Assembly: GCA_918797485.1 (NCBI GenBank)
Contig: CAKKNE010000006.1
Span: 496,001-560,000 of the forward strand
From: Pelagomonas calceolata
Taxonomy: Eukaryota
DNA: 64,000 bases
Direction of reading: 5' to 3'
Shown here: in pieces, positions 62,075 through 64,000 of the stretch
Layout of the letters: each line of letters starts with the position of its first letter
How positions within the stretch are numbered: position 1 is the first letter of the stretch
The notes under the pieces: generated by a model
The model's database searches: none
Told to the model about the DNA's origin: nothing
The model's input: only the letters and a program-made list of their open reading frames with translations
Made by a program: the position numbers and the translations under genes

Positions 62075-62224
62075 GGCGTGTCGCGGCGACGGCGTGGGCA
62101 CACCCGAGTTGCGCGGTCAGAAAAAGCCGCACCGCCACGCCGCTGAGCAGGCGTCGCGTCGATGGCGCGCAGGACATGGTTCAGACGTGGGCGGAGAAGC
62201 GCCGCGGCATTTGATTTCCACACG
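62075..62224 (-). mobile_element. Introner-family copy downstream of a stop codon (3' end degenerate)
   Basis: Minus strand CGTGTGGAAATCAAATGCCGCGGCGCTTCTCCGCC...GCCATCGACGCGACGCCTGCTC aligns with 4185-4265. Confidence 0.75.
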
Positions 62225-62236
62225 TTGACGCCGCCG

Positions 62237-63340
62237 TCACTGCGCCGGCAGCAGCTCCCGCTTCGGCCTTTTGGGTTTGGACGCGTACAACAAAATCCCG
62301 AAGGCGACCGACGCCACGGACGCGAATTTTACGGGAGTGAGACACGCCCTCGCATCGTCCCCACAGAACGCCAATTCGGCAATGCCCACCACAAAAAGCA
62401 TCTGCACGCCCCGCGACAGCGTCAATGCGACCGCGCCGGCCCCCGCCAACAGCGCGTAGTGCGCCAGGGCGTGACATAAATCTGCGAACCACAGCGCGAC
62501 ATAGACGATGAAGACCGTCGTCGGATCGCCCTGGTGCTTCAAAATGTGCTTCAGGTAGAGTTTATCCGCTCCTCGCGCTAGGAGGAGCACGACGTTATGT
62601 GCTAGTAACACCGAGGCCTCGACGCCCCCGACGTATGTGGCTAACCTGAAACTCGTGAGCTCTTCGCCCGCGCTTACGGATTCGGCACAGACTAAGGACA
62701 ATGAGTGGAGGGCCGTGCCGCCCAGTATGACGCCAGCGCCGAGCTCGAACCGCCCGAGAGCGCCGTGGCCTGCATCTAGAGCATCTTCTACCGATGCTAG
62801 ACCATTCAGGGCCATGCCTAACGTTGCGAGCGCGACGCCGCACCACTGCCTCAGGGAGTAGCGCTTGCCATTTACTGTCGAAAATAACGCCGCGAAGGCC
62901 ACTCCACTACTGAAGAGGACCGCATACACTCCAGCGCCCACAAACAGCAGTCCAATCATCACCAGCACGTTCGCGAGAAAATCTAAAAAAGCTACGAAAG
63001 CGACGCGTCTCAGTAATTTGCCCTTCAGGCGCCAGCTCTTTATATATGATACCCAAGACCACTGCTGCCTATCGATGTAGGAGCGCTTTTCACTCAACAG
63101 TAGTTCTCGTAGGGGAGCCACACAAGCAACAGCTAGGGTATTTGCGAGCATCGGTAACATTGCCACACCGGTGGCGCCGTTGGACCGGAGCCAGTCGACG
63201 AGCGTGGGCTGCAGCGCGCCCGAGGCGGCATACGCCAAGGCGCACAGCGCGACGTGAACGTGCCGGCCGCGATTGGTCTTGGCGGCTCCTTTTGGCGTGG
63301 TCGGTTCGTTGTCGTCGGGTTTTCGTAGGTTCCGCTGCAT
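62237..63340 (-). CDS. Drug/metabolite (SLC35/EamA-like) transporter
   Basis: About 10 TMs; LDFLANVLVMIGLLFVGAGVYAVLFSS...QWCGV; ATG at 63340. Confidence 0.75.
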   Translation of the reverse strand: MQRNLRKPDDNEPTTPKGAAKTNRGRHVHVALCALAYAASGALQPTLVDWLRSNGATGVAMLPMLANTLAVACVAPLRELLLSEKRSYIDRQQWSWVSYIKSWRLKGKLLRRVAFVAFLDFLANVLVMIGLLFVGAGVYAVLFSSGVAFAALFSTVNGKRYSLRQWCGVALATLGMALNGLASVEDALDAGHGALGRFELGAGVILGGTALHSLSLVCAESVSAGEELTSFRLATYVGGVEASVLLAHNVVLLLARGADKLYLKHILKHQGDPTTVFIVYVALWFADLCHALAHYALLAGAGAVALTLSRGVQMLFVVGIAELAFCGDDARACLTPVKFASVASVAFGILLYASKPKRPKRELLPAQ

Positions 63341-63837
63341 CGTGCCGCTCTTCGGCTGTCGGGTGTGCAGCTCTGCGTATATTGATGCGTCCTCGGTGCG
63401 CGTCCAGGCTAGGTTCGACGTTGTGCGGTTGTCGGTGCAAACTCTGGGCAACTAGAAAGAGCCGCGTCAAAAGTCAGCAATGAAAACTGCACGATGTGGC
63501 GCTCAGATATTGCTAGCAAGCAGCCACCGCAAGTGATTCATGCGATAGTATGCGACGATATACGGCTGGCAAAAATCGGCTGCTGGTCGAGACGGGTTTT
63601 TCCCAGATCGAAGCATCCGTCCGGGCCGACGCCACGGACGCATCCACACATAGAAACGAATCGCAGGCACGAGCTGGCAGGGCCCGCAGCGCCGGCCCGC
63701 ACCGTTTGGCAAGCGTTGCCGACGAAGCGAGTAAAACAGCCGCGCGGAGGCAGCCTTTCGGCCATCGCCGTCTTCGGCAGCACCGCACGGTCGCGCGCGC
63801 ACGCCGGGCCAACGCACGGGCTGCCCGCGCGTTCACC

Positions 63838-64000
63838 ATGGCCACGCGCTTCCTCGAGGTCCGCCTGAGTGGCATCGGCCCCGACGCCTTCGATGCGGCC
63901 GCCTTCTATAAATCACAGCTCCAGGCCACACGGACCGTGCAAGTCGCGCGCGTCGAGAAGGGGATGAAGGGCGGCACGAAGATTTTGCTTAGTGGCGACG
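63838..64000 (+). CDS. Partial ORF running off the window end
   Basis: ACCATG then an open frame MATRFLEVRLSGIG... to the window end. Confidence 0.4.
   Translation, partial: MATRFLEVRLSGIGPDAFDAAAFYKSQLQATRTVQVARVEKGMKGGTKILLSGD

Noticed and set aside
1..64000. tRNA, rRNA or an autonomous transposase gene
   Set aside because: No cloverleaf or rRNA signatures and no DDE/hAT transposase motifs recognised by eye; small ncRNAs cannot be excluded without a covariance search

Overview
This is a gene-dense, GC-rich eukaryotic nuclear segment, most likely from a pelagophyte alga (Pelagomonas/Aureococcus-like; inferred, not confirmed). The inference rests on a bipartite plastid-targeting signal, ciliary genes, expanded MYND-TPR and DUF285 families, and introner elements. 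It holds about 37 protein-coding genes, including a CDK9-like kinase, DDX54, RPS26, eIF3g, a RAD51 paralog, CEP78-like, IFT27, BUD31, RPN12 and a plastid FtsH. Apparent frameshifts in the ORF track are resolved by about 10 short introns. Most share a core motif (ACGCCATCGACGCG), and the best preserved have CTG...CAG terminal inverted repeats and 8-bp target-site duplications, so they are intron-generating DNA transposons (introners) of differing ages. Other highlights: (1) a roughly 23-bp bipartite motif (GCTAGCG-N4-5-GTAAGRCACTAGC) found in 9 promoter-side intergenic regions; (2) a 5'-truncated RLE-type LINE with a 10-bp TSD and a (TAAA)n tail; (3) a histidine-phosphatase/FIST fusion; (4) a RAD51 paralog with an RPA-binding-type tail; (5) an ATGA-coupled small ORF upstream of a PhyH-JmjC gene; (6) a J-domain protein with a 9-copy peptide repeat. 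No tRNA, rRNA or CRISPR array was recognised.
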